This document shows, piece after piece, positions 12,148 to 23,558 of a DNA stretch of 64,000 bases (position 1 is its first letter; each line of letters begins with the position of its first letter). The stretch is from Azolla caroliniana (lineage: Eukaryota > Plantae > Polypodiophyta): contig JBHGNT010000005.1 in the NCBI GenBank assembly GCA_043228905.1, positions 6,138,001 through 6,202,000 on the forward strand. Direction: 5' to 3'. A program made the position numbers and the translations under genes. The notes below the pieces were generated by a model that saw nothing but the letters and a program-made list of their open reading frames with translations, did not search any database and was not told where the DNA came from.

Positions 12148-12448
12148 ACTTCAAAATATTTGTTTCGGTTTTTAAGGTTCATGTGTAAGTGCCAGGCTGC
12201 CAATCAATCCTCTTTCATGGTACTTCAAAATATTTGTTTCGGTTTTAAAGGTTCATGTGTAAGTGCCAAGCTTCCAATCCTCTTTCATTATACTTCAAAA
12301 TATTTGTGTCGGTTTTTAATGTTCACGTGTAAGTGACAAGCTTCCAACCTCTTTCATGATACTTCAAAATATTTGTTTCAGTTTTCAATGTTCACATTTA
12401 AAGGTCAAGCTGCCAATCCTGTGGCCTTGGTCATTCAAATATTTGTGT
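12148..12448. repeat. Degenerate ~70-bp tandem repeat (4-5 units) downstream of the NOP56 stop
   Basis: TACTTCAAAATATTTGT(T/G)TC...GTTCA..TGTAAGTG.CAAGCT.CCAATCC recurs at ~12148, 12221, 12291, 12360 and partially at 12434. Confidence 0.85.
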
Positions 12449-13169
12449 AGGCATATAATGCTTCTTGCTCTTTTGAAAGTCTCGTCATCTCTCCTTACAT
12501 TGGTTTTTTTGTCAATAATTTTCGAGAAAATATTTTGGCCAACAAATGTTTTCTACTTGATCATCAAGGAGTATTTTACCTGAGCTGAATATTTGAATTT
12601 ATGCTGTGGGTGTTAAATACTGTCAAAATGTTCTGAGCGTATGGACTTATTAGTTGATCGTTGAAGTTAAATATTCGAAGGAATACCGTGGATGTCAAAT
12701 GCTCTCAAAATGTTTGATCTCAAGTGTGCATGGACATTTTAACTACATAGTCATAGTGTAGCTTAATTGTAGGGTTTGTATTGTTTGGCCAATAATTCTA
12801 ATTCTCATAGTTGAGCTGTCATCAAACTTCATGCCTCCACTAGGAATGAATTAACCGGTTTTAGTTGGGGATAGACACACCTTCTTATTGCAGTGTTTCG
12901 CTTAGTGGAATGTACGTTTTGATACAAAAACTTTTGCATCTCGAAACATACTATTCAAAAGATTTGTGAATGCCTTCGTATGGGTAGTGTTTTGTCGGTG
13001 GGACCTAGTTTTTGATACACAAGATTTGAAATATGTAAGAAACTGTCCCATGGTTTGGAAGTTTGTAATGGAGAAAAACTTTGTTTCTTAAAATGGTTGT
13101 TTTTTGGCAATAAAACAAAACTAAGTTTCCTTTTATAGAAATTAGTATATTCAATCGAAATAATACATG

Positions 13170-13252
13170 GCTGGTTTGCCCGAGTGGTTAAGGGGGGCGA
13201 CTTAAGATCGCCTGCACTCAAGTGCGCGTGGGTTCGAACCCCACAGCCAGCA
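13170..13252 (+). tRNA. tRNA-Leu(UAA): tRNA-Leu (anticodon UAA), intronless, 83 nt
   Basis: Acceptor stem GCTGGTT/AGCCAGC plus discriminator A. D-loop AGTGGTTA. Anticodon arm GGCGA-CTTAAGA-TCGCC (TAA at 13203-13205). Long variable arm GCAC..GTGC. T-loop TTCGAAC. Confidence 0.95.
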
Positions 13253-14533
13253 GTATTAGATGCCAAATGTATATGATCATGACCAATGCACATGATTAGA
13301 TGTTATTTCCAAAATTCTGTTACCATTTGTGTAAGTTTTGTCCTTTCTCTTTATTATTGCATTGCAATGCCTTCTTCCCTTTTGGGCTCTCACTTTGAAC
13401 CCCTCGAGAGAAATAGGAAGCCTGGAAAGGTTTGTCTCTCACCCTTTACCTCCTCTTCTCATGTTTTCTTGTCTAAATATGCTCATGAATTAAATAATGT
13501 CTAACTTCTACATTTGTGTTCATGTATGAATCGTGCTAGGAGTATATGGTAGGACCGAAACTGGCATGTGAAATCACCGAGTTTTTGGTTAATACCATAC
13601 ATTCTCTTGAAGTAGTAGTACACTTCCTTGTCGATGATATAATTATATGCTAGATGTCCCACACCACGGGTAAACAAGTAGCTTTCTTGTGTGACTCGTG
13701 AGTATATTTGGAGCATTATGTCTTTTTAACATTGTTTCGGAGATGAGAATTAGGGAAGAAATTTAAGTCTTTTGATAGAAATTTGCTGAGTAAATTGGGA
13801 GTGTTATGTCTTTTCAACATTGTTTTGGCAATTAGAATGGATGAGCTCATTTTCTTGATGAATGCACTCATTATCGTTTTCTTTGAAAAACTCACCCATA
13901 TGAGGTAAAAAAGTAAATCTCATTTTACGATTACAATGGATCCACATTGTGGATGAGCTCATTTTCTCGATGAATGCACTTATTGTCTTTTTCTTTGAAA
14001 AACTCAGAATATATACCATGATATCGAAAACATTAAGCAAAATGGATTTAATGACATAACTTTGAACAGACAAATTTTGTTCGTATGTATGCACTTCCTT
14101 TTCTTTACAATTAGAACCTCCAAAGAACTTTTTTCTTTTTATCAATAATGATTTGATTTGGTTGTCATCACCTTAAAATGCATTCTTCGTTAGTGATTCG
14201 TTCCCTAGAGTTAGCAACAACCCTTCATTGTTAAATTGCTCAATATAGCTTTTTTGGGGGGGTTGCATATTTACGTCATTGTAGTGATGTATGCTTGGTT
14301 TTCATATTTTTCACAATGCTCATAACATTGCTTGGTATTTCTTTTTTCTCATCAATTTTTTGGATTGGAAGCACAACTTACCAACGTTGACGAAATTGAA
14401 TATGATAATTGAACGGAATTCATTGTCTTTGGTGAATTACCAAAGTGATATTGAAGCTTTGTGCTTTCTGTTTCATATTGTGGTACAAAATATGAATGTT
14501 GTTTCTTAGTTTGGTTATTCCAAGATAGCTCAC

Positions 14534-15447
14534 TCAAGGTAGAGAAACAAATTCTCTAGACTTCCATTTTTGGTTGACATATTCACCACTTAATACATTG
14601 TTCAATCTAAAAAAATTGTACTTTCCCATTCCATCCGGCTTATTCGAGGCAAAGCTCCCTTCATACACATTTCCATCTCGATGACGCCATTCGCCACTTT
14701 GAAAGCTTCCAAGCTTCCATGTACCACAAAACTGTAAAAGGTGTACATGTTATCCAAACTAATTAATAAAGACCGCTTATTTCTTCTTACTATAGTGAGC
14801 CCTTTAAAATGCTAAACATTCTTGTGATATAAATACGTGAGATAATTTTAGTGTACTCATATACCTGGCTCATACTAGCATTGAAATAATATGTGCCATT
14901 TCCATCTTGTTTATCTTCAACCCAATCACCTTTATAAATGTCCCCATTTGAATACTTGTATGTTCCAAACCCATCTCTCTTTCCTACTTTCCAGAAGCCT
15001 GGTTAAACATCAACACACAATGTTAAGAACATATTGCATGTTCTCTAATACACGATGAAGATTGATCCTACATGTATGTATGTATACCTTCATAACAACT
15101 ATGATCTGGGTAATTCATGATCCCATGTCCTTCTCTTACATTTCCAACATATCCTCCCTCATAAGAAGCACCATTAGCAAATTTATAGAGACCTTGACCT
15201 TCTTTACTTCCCATGTTATATATGCCTTCAAATAAGTCTCCGTTTGTATATTTGGCAACGCCTTGCCCATGTGGAATATAATCAACAAGTTCTCCACTCC
15301 ACTCCTTTACAAAAGAAAGGCTCCAATTAATCACTTGTGCATATTATTCACAAAGATATGCGATTTTGTGTGTTTGTTATGAGTACATACCATAACACGT
15401 TCTTCTTCATCTTCGGTATTAAATTCATCATCATCATCCGATGCCAT
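14534..15447 (-). CDS. RSPH1: MORN-repeat protein, radial spoke head 1 / RSP10-like, 201 aa, 4 exons
   Basis: Exons 15447-15391, 15304-15088, 14998-14865, 14731-14534 (606 nt, GT-AG, in phase). Acidic N-terminus MASDDDDEFNTEDEEE followed by tandem MORN repeats (PHGQGVAKYTNGDLFEG, KEGQGLYKFANGASYEG, REGHGIMNYPDHSCYEG, RDGFGTYKYSNGDIYKG, YEGSFASNKPDGMGKY), colinear with RSPH1 as recalled. Confidence 0.8.
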
Positions 15448-16734
15448 AATTGGTCAAAACACTAATAAAAACCAATAGATCGTAATGCAATGTTTAGTTA
15501 TTTGCAACGAAGAAAAATATAACCTATACAAAAAGCAAACTAACCAAATACCATATATTACATGTACTTATTTTAACATAAGAAAAAGACAATTATACAA
15601 AAGAGAGAGAGTATTCAACTCATTTGCTGGACAAATGGGTATTGGCTTGCTTCTTATATTTAAATAAACAGCCTCAACTAAAGGATTTATGTATGCTCAT
15701 ATATATTTTTCTCATCCATAATGTTATTGAGGGGGCAAAGACACACATAATTATTTAGGGTTCAAGTTTTAGGATGTAAAATTAAGTCCAAATTAAGTTT
15801 ACTTGGTGCCTTAAATATTGTTCATTACGACCTTTTAAATTAGTGTGGGACATTTTTTTAACCTTCTAAGATGTAGACCAAGCTCCATCGATTCCTAATA
15901 TGAGTTAGTAAAGCTAAGTCACAACAAATTATTGTTAACTGTAACCACACCACACAACCATACTTAGTTGGTTAATTGATTGCCCTTGTTTCTCCATAGC
16001 CTCACTACATGTGATGTTATACTAGTGGGACATGGAACCAATCCTTCCTCTTGATATTCAAGCATCACCTTCATCCATGGAAGGCTTTTGACATTTGATC
16101 CAAGATACCTCCTTTGGTTGAGGACAAAGGCAACATATTTCCTAAAATGGGATGCAAGTTACCCATCTGGGATGGAATGGGATCATGCATGTAGACCACC
16201 ACACCCAATTAACAACTACAAATGGCATGTGATCATTTCGAATTCGCTATAACAAATCGCTCGATGAATCTCCTTCTACGAGATAATCAAACATGAATGC
16301 TCGAATCCTTGTTTGATTGATCGATGAAATTTAAAGAAATTGGAATTGAGGCTAAATGTTTTCATTGCTAGAGAGATATGATGGTCATGGATGAGGCAAG
16401 TGACCGATGACCGAGTGGTTCGAGGGTCGATACACTTCCATATTTTTTGCAACTTTGGCTCCATTGGAATGAACCCTAGGGGTGTGTATGATATGATACC
16501 TATGATAAAGAAAGGGAAGCCTTTCTTTTATCAAGAAGAACAATAAGAAGAAGAAGAAGAAGAGGGGAATTGTAAAAGACTGTAATCAATTCATGAAACA
16601 ACCCATTGAAAGAACACAAAGAAGAGTTCAAAGGAGAAAGGAGAAGTCTAGGGAAGTTGAGTTTCCATGGCGTGATCAATGAATTAAATTGCCATGAACC
16701 ATGAGAACAAAGATTAGAAATCATGGATGGATCT

Positions 16735-16758
16735 ATTGATTGATTGATTGATTGATTG

Positions 16759-16789
<31 letters not shown>
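16735..16789. repeat. (ATTG)n(GA)n microsatellite
   Basis: Directly visible. Confidence 0.9.
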
Positions 16790-16790
<1 letters not shown>

Positions 16791-18213
16791 CCTGATTTTG
16801 TGTGTGTGAGAGAGAGGTGGGTGGGGGGAGAGGAGTATAATGTAAGAGAGTTAGTTAAGAGTTAGTTATAACGACCCAATTACTCCTTCCATATATATAT
16901 ATATATATGAGGAAATAATGGTTTTGTCTATTTCCTGAGATCCCCCCCCCCCCCCAACAAAAAAGAAAGGAAAACCAACAATTCTCATTCTTTTCCATGC
17001 ATATACACTTAAATTGTTTATTTCCCCAAATGCCCATGGATCACCTCGTAAATTCGGAACATGTTGATTAGTTATTGGTTATGTTTTAAGCACGATTATA
17101 TTCTATTTAAGGAAAACCCTTGAATGGAGTGCAATTCTTAAGCCATGTACTCTTCTACAAAAACAAGAAACTTGGAACGAGCAAAAACATATCTTCCTTA
17201 ACTTTATTGAATACATTGCATCTCTCCATTAACATGAGACTTATTGATTACCTGTAACTTGAAATTTTGAAGCAATATATATCTACTTAATGTCAATATG
17301 TGAGATGTTTTGTAGTACCGAACCATGCAAAATCGATATTTTTCTCCAAGTCGATCTCTAATAGCTAGAAAAACAACATTAGTTGATCCAACCAATTAGA
17401 TCATACTACATGTATTAGGACTAATACAATGTCATGTCTAGGTGGAGAGTGCATCAAAACAAGGTCTTTACTGACCACTTTCTTTTACATGATTTACATT
17501 TTAGTTTTTGTTACGATAGACAATAATGCATGCAATAAAACACTCCTTGAACATATTGATTAATAATACATAGCATTTGCAATGTTGTGACAATGAACCT
17601 TGCTTATTATCTTGACTTCTGAACTCAAGGACATCTCCATTATTCATTTCACAACCAAATACGTCATAACCCCCAATTATCTCAACTAGTGAAAAAATCT
17701 TTCAACTTGAGACAATGGCCATGTTAACCCAACCTAAGCAAACTGTTACCGGCCGGCAAGGAGTCCAAAATACGGAGTGAAGGAGTTAATTAAGTATGGT
17801 TGTAAATAAGCATAGTGTGGACGGACGGACTGGAAACGGTATGCCGTTCCAGATCCGGACGGATCCCGAATAGGTGCGATAGGCACCGTTTTGTACTACG
17901 GGCCGGAAACCTATTTAAAGGCCCGGACCCCATTGTAATCGCAGTGGATAATTAATAGAGCATATGGTGTTTATACTTCTGTGTTGATGTCCATTCTGTA
18001 CTTACTGTCATATCTTACGCGTGTAATTAACTAAAGCACTCTAATCGTGTAACCTACGTAAGTCGGTGTAATCGTTGAATCTTAATCCTATACCGTAATC
18101 ACCCTTTGGTGAAGTGTCTCCGTGACACCTTGTGTTAGGCCTTGTCCGGTCAGAGAATAACACAGTTTTGGCGACCACGATTCCTGCTTTCTCGCAGCGA
18201 ACGACGGTAATGG

Positions 18214-20676
18214 ATGACTAGACCAACGCACGACCTGGTTACAGACCGAGCTCGACGCCTCGCCGAACAGCAAAGACGGCGTGAGACTTTCCAGCAAGCA
18301 GCGCACGAAATTCGCTCGGATCGTTCGTTCTCCAACGAGATCCGGAGAGTCGCGGAGGAATCTCTTCGGTTACAGCAAACTCGCGACCAGGACGACGGAA
18401 GCAGTCTAAGTAGTCTCCGGGAAACCGAACGCCTCCTCGAGGCGCTGGCAAGCGGAGAAAACGAGGCAGAAGCCTTTTCAGCCTACGAATCGGATTCCGA
18501 AGGGGGATACAACGTGCACACGAACTACCGGAGCAGCAACGATACCCCCGGCGGCCCGGAGCACGACGGGTCAGATACCGTGCCGACTCCAGAACCGGAA
18601 CCGCTCAACCAGGGCTATCCGGAACCGCAAACGGAAGCCGTCAACCCACCAACACCGGAAGTGGAAGAAGCAAAGCCACCGACACCAACGAAAGAGCCGG
18701 CAAAGGTACCGGAAGAAGAGCCGGAAAAGGAACCGGAAAAAGCACCGGCACAAGAACCGGAAGTGGAACCGGAGAGAAAACCGGAAAGATATCAACAAAC
18801 GCCACTAAACCGCGGCCTAATACTGGACGACGACATGCCGTTCCAATACTCAAAGTATCGCGACGATCCGGACGTGGAAGCGCATGTTCATGACTTCGAG
18901 CAGACATGGGAAGCAAATCACACGTCCCAGCGAATGACACCGGAGGAAGAAGAACGCTTGAAGATAGCGGAATTCGGAGTCACGTTGGAGGGACCAGCGA
19001 CACGATGGCGGCGGACGCAGGACCCGGCGACCATCACAACCTTTGCAGAATTAAAAGCAAAATTCTTGCATTTTTTCCACAAGGAGGTCGACCAGACGAC
19101 AATGGTGGGCCTGTTTTATACGATCCGACAGGAGGCAGGGGAAAGCATTCCCCAATTCGTCATCCGTTTCCAACGAATGCATAGCCAGCTTGCCCGTGCA
19201 CCCCCGGAGGAGGAATTACGGACGATATTTTTAAACGCACTCCGGGAACCGTTACGCACGGTGTGTACGGTGATCGACTTTCGAGGATGCACCATCGACC
19301 AGGTCATTGACCGGGTCAGAGAAATGGAAAAGTCAAGCTCATGGCTTACGCTGGGAACACTGCAACGGGTGTTACCCACCGAGGAAGATCTCCGGTTCCG
19401 GCAGGCAATTCAATGCACAATCTGCTTGAATGCCGGACACTCGGCAGTGGAGTGCACCATGCGAACCCAGTGTGTGATTTATCAATCCAAGAGTCATACA
19501 ACGGACCGGTGCGAGTATAACCTGTTAAACCGACAAGCACCACCCGTCCGACGGATCGAGCCAAGAAGCAGCCGAGACGAAGATGACGATCGTTGGCAAA
19601 GAATGAACCGGTACCCACCGGCACAGGATGTCCGGTACGGAGACAGGCAAGAGAATGATGGCCGGTACGGGAATCGGCGTGATAACTACGACCGGTATGA
19701 GCGATCGGACCGTTATCGGGAGCCCAACAGACGACACGAGCAATACGACAGAGACCATTCCCCTGGTTACCGAAGGCACTAGGAGGACTACGGCCGATTT
19801 TACGATCCACCACGACCGGACTACCGAAATAAAAATAAGAATAATAAGAAACGTAATTTCAAGAAAGGTGGTCACACTAGGGACCCGGAACAGGGAACCC
19901 CAAGGAGCCAACCGGCACAGAACGCACCACTCACTACGGGACCGACTCTGGATACCAGCAAAGCTGAATCCAGCAATACCCGTAAAGAGTACTGCTATTA
20001 CTGCAGGCAGGAAGGCCACTACAGTAACCAGTGCCCGGCAAAGAGCTACGATAAACGACCAACAGTTAATATGGTGGTTCCGGAAGTGGCGGATTTACAG
20101 CAAGTAACCACACGGTCGAAAGGCATGGCCAAAGAGTGGGAAACACAAGAGGCCATACGAAAACAGGCGACGGAATGGGTGAAGGAAGCCAATGACAGGA
20201 ATGTCGCGGACGCGGAACGGCAAAAGGCTAATACCATAGGGAGTGCCGGCGGTAGCCACCCAGAAAACGAGACCTGGCAAGCACTGCAAGAATGTCAGAT
20301 CACGTTGCCATTAGGAAGACTCTTACAGCTCGTGCCGCGATTTACGGAAGGGCTAAAAACGGTCATGATAGACGGTATAGCCCCACCGGCACCAGTCCTT
20401 TTCTCGAATCCGGAGGAGGGACCGACGGTGGTGGACACAAGTAGTCCGGTGATTACAGCTATTGTCAAAGGGCACGAACTTCCTGGCACAGTAATCGATG
20501 GAGGTTCCGGGGTGAACGTAATAAGCCTCCGCACGTGTGATGCCTTGGGTATACATGAATGGGAGCCATGTCCGTTCTGGCTACGGATGGCGGATACGAG
20601 CTCTGTACGGCCGACGGGCTTAATACGGAAATTGGAAGTCACCATAGGAGCGAAAAGGTACGAAGTGGGCATTTAA
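18214..20676 (+). pseudogene. Gag-protease polyprotein, interrupted by an in-frame TAG at 19780-19782 and truncated after the protease
   Basis: Retrotransposon gag core (FGVTLEGPATRW...TFAELKAKFL...IRQEAGESIPQFVIRF). Zinc knuckles CTICLNAGHSAVEC, CVIYQSKSHTTDRC and, after the TAG in the same frame, CYYCRQEGHYSNQC. Protease VIDGGSGVNVI...LRMADTSSVRPTG. Confidence 0.85.
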
Positions 20677-20936
20677 GAGCCGCCACGCTACTTAATACTA
20701 AATTGGTACACGACGTGTGCATGCTCGAAAAAGGCGCCAAAACGCACAAAGAAGAAGAAGAACGCATGGAGACCTTTTCATTTCGCGAGCCAAGAAGCAC
20801 AGAAGCACCAAGGCGGTGGAAGCTTACCAAACGCGAACTTGCACTCAGAGAACCTCCACGTTCGGAACGCTCTCTCTCTCGCTCTCACTCTCATCACCAC
20901 TCTACCTCGCCATCTTTCCTCGACCTCGAAGCAGAC

Positions 20937-23558
20937 ATGGAACCACAAACGCTGTCGGAAGCGGCCAGGAAATGGCTCAGGCAACACGGACTGGATGGGT
21001 TCCTGACCATCATGGAGGCACCACCGCACAGAGAAGCCGATCGGGTCATCAAGGAGCTCGACACGGAAGTCATCACAGAGGAAGCAATCCGTGCGCTAAC
21101 AGGCCTTCCGGAGGGAGGTATTTTTCAGATTGATAACCCATCCTCGGAGCAACTCATCCGATATTTCGGTGAGTACTATGTTGCCGGCAAAGGCTATCGA
21201 ACGCAGGGCGGCGAAGATCCGCTATTCAGGGAGATAGCTCGAGTGCTCCATGAGTACGGCCACGTGTACCCCCGACCCCCTGTCATGCCAAAAAATCGGG
21301 CAGGGATGATCATAGCCACCTATGAAGGGATCAAGGTGGACTGGCCGGTGTTGATTGCAGACGGTTTGTGCACGGCAATCGACATGGTACGAGGAAAGGA
21401 CGGCAAGGAGGGCCGGAAGCTGTGGCATGCCGTAGCTCAGTGGATAACATTGCTCGTGCCGCCGATCGAGACCACTCAGCCAAAGAAGCGGCCAAGATTA
21501 TCGGAAGGAAGCACCTCGAAGCCGGCGTCCAAACGACAGCAGCTGCTGGCGTCGAAGGCGACGAAAGGGAAGAAACGGCTCCCAGAACCGGAGGAGGTGT
21601 CACCGGTCCGACCCGTCAAGATAACCATACGGCGACCGGGACAGAAGGAACCGGAACCCTTGACGGCACAAAAACATGCCGTTACACAGGAAGAGGAAAC
21701 GGAGGAGCCAGAAGAGCACCTCCAACGACGGTCAAGAAGTAGGACCGCCGGGACAGCGGGGGAGCGGTCGTACCCGCGAGAGGAAGAAACGCCCCCAACT
21801 CAACCTGAGCAAACCACAAGGGAGGAACCAGAACCGGTGCGTATGGAACCGGCCTTGTCGACTTCTATAGAAGAAGTCATTCCAACGGTTCCGGAGACGG
21901 CGAGAACCGGAACTCAACAGCCGGCGAGCCCAGCCAGCACACACGGCGGCCAAGGAGTAGAACCAGAACGGCATATGCAGGCACTCAGGCCAGACAATTC
22001 CACAGTGAATGAGCCGACCCGACCAGTACAGCAGCAAGGCACCAGTAGCATGTGGCTACGGTGGGTAGGCGAGCAAATCGCCGGAGCGGTCGAGTATATA
22101 GAGGCGGAGGAGAGAGCGCACCAGGAACGGTTGCTCGTCACAACCGTAGATCTAGAGACGGCGCGGTCCAGAATCTGGAGCTTTGAACAAGACTTGGACA
22201 GGGTCACAAGGGAAATGGCTCAATTGGCTTTGACAACACAAGTCCAAGCACCGGTGACTCCGGGCAATGTACAGAATAAAGCGGCAGATCAACCTGTACA
22301 TAGCAATCAGACCCCGACAACGGAAACCGTTCCGGAGAGAAATGCGGCACGAGCCCAAGAGCTTGCGGACTTAAAGGATGAGCTAGCTGCCCAAGAAGCG
22401 CTGAGGAGCCGCGAAAGAGAGTTGAAGACGGCAGCGGAGGCAGAACTGAAAAAGACTGCTGAGAAGCTACGCTTGGCCGAGGAGAGCTTACGAAAAGGCC
22501 ACCAAGCGTACGACCAGCTCAAGGAGGAGAAGGAGAAAATGCTGCAAGAGAAGGACAGGCTCCGGAGAAACGCCGAAACGGAAGTAGAGCGCCTGAAAGA
22601 GGAACTCCGGCAGGTAAAGGATCGGGAGGACCGGAACCATCGCCAGATCAACGGCAAGCTCAAACAAAAAACGGAGGAATTTGAGAAATTGCACCGGGAG
22701 TATAAACGGTTGCAAACGGAGCACAAGGAACGGACGGATGAGCTCCGGCAAGCAGTTGATCGGACCGCAACCGCATTCGCCAAGGAACAAGCGGAAACCA
22801 GAAGACGGTTGGAAGAGGCGGAGAAGGTTCGGACAGAGCTCCTTAGGCAACATCAGGCGGAAAAAGAAAGAGCGGCGGAGGTACTGCAGAGGCTGCAAAC
22901 GACATATCAAGGGCAGCTGACGCGCTACAGAGAGCAGGCGGAGGATACGGCTAATCTCATCAAGCAGTTGAAGGAGGAGCGACAAGTTGTGGAAAGCAGA
23001 GCGCAAATGGGAGCAAGTCGCATCCAGGATATCATGCGGGCCTGGTTGAACCAGACCAAGAGCTTGATTGACAACGGTTCCGTCAAATGGTGGACCAAGT
23101 GGGCCACGAACGCGGCGGAACTCCAATTGCTCCGGGCCGACGTAGAGAACCGGCGGAAGGAGGGAGATGATTGCTATATGCTGAATTCCGAAGACTTCAC
23201 CGGCATAAGAGATGAGCTGGCCGAAGACTTTCAAGCCTTGGCAGAGGACCAACTAGAGCAAGTTCGGCAACTTGTAACTCAGCTGGACGACGACAGGCTG
23301 GAGGCGCATATCCAGTTTGAAAGCTACGAGAGGTCCCGGATCCGGGAAGAGAAAGCACGAGAACCGGTTACGGTCAACCTCAGTGATGAGGAACCGGTAC
23401 TGGAAGGAGACCGGACCGGAAGCAGTCAAACGGAGATGCCGGAGTCAGAGAAACAAACGGAGCAGCCGCCTATAGAGCAGCCGGAGCAGCCTCAGTCCCA
23501 ACCGCAACCACAGCAGCAGCAGCAAGCACAGCCGCAACAACCACAACCGGAAGAATAA
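20937..23558 (+). CDS. Retrotransposon-borne extra ORF, 873 aa from ATG 20937 (plant-transposon-protein-like N-terminus, long coiled coil, Gln/Pro tail)
   Basis: Open frame 20559-23558; likely start GACATGG at 20937. The N-terminal ITEEAIRALTGLPEGG...GIKVDW pattern resembles accessory ORFs of plant LTR elements (inference). Long E/K/R/Q/L-rich helical region; C-terminal QPQPQQQQQAQPQ. Confidence 0.75.
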   Translation: MEPQTLSEAARKWLRQHGLDGFLTIMEAPPHREADRVIKELDTEVITEEAIRALTGLPEGGIFQIDNPSSEQLIRYFGEYYVAGKGYRTQGGEDPLFREIARVLHEYGHVYPRPPVMPKNRAGMIIATYEGIKVDWPVLIADGLCTAIDMVRGKDGKEGRKLWHAVAQWITLLVPPIETTQPKKRPRLSEGSTSKPASKRQQLLASKATKGKKRLPEPEEVSPVRPVKITIRRPGQKEPEPLTAQKHAVTQEEETEEPEEHLQRRSRSRTAGTAGERSYPREEETPPTQPEQTTREEPEPVRMEPALSTSIEEVIPTVPETARTGTQQPASPASTHGGQGVEPERHMQALRPDNSTVNEPTRPVQQQGTSSMWLRWVGEQIAGAVEYIEAEERAHQERLLVTTVDLETARSRIWSFEQDLDRVTREMAQLALTTQVQAPVTPGNVQNKAADQPVHSNQTPTTETVPERNAARAQELADLKDELAAQEALRSRERELKTAAEAELKKTAEKLRLAEESLRKGHQAYDQLKEEKEKMLQEKDRLRRNAETEVERLKEELRQVKDREDRNHRQINGKLKQKTEEFEKLHREYKRLQTEHKERTDELRQAVDRTATAFAKEQAETRRRLEEAEKVRTELLRQHQAEKERAAEVLQRLQTTYQGQLTRYREQAEDTANLIKQLKEERQVVESRAQMGASRIQDIMRAWLNQTKSLIDNGSVKWWTKWATNAAELQLLRADVENRRKEGDDCYMLNSEDFTGIRDELAEDFQALAEDQLEQVRQLVTQLDDDRLEAHIQFESYERSRIREEKAREPVTVNLSDEEPVLEGDRTGSSQTEMPESEKQTEQPPIEQPEQPQSQPQPQQQQQAQPQQPQPEE

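Noticed and set aside
15950-16730. Possible minus-strand pseudogene (VHSNGAKVAK resembles a lipid phosphate phosphatase N-terminus)
   Set aside because: The similarity does not continue and there are many stops; unsupported.
20937-23558. Retroviral envelope gene
   Set aside because: No signal peptide, transmembrane anchor or evident fusion-protein organisation; the protein is highly charged and coiled-coil-like.
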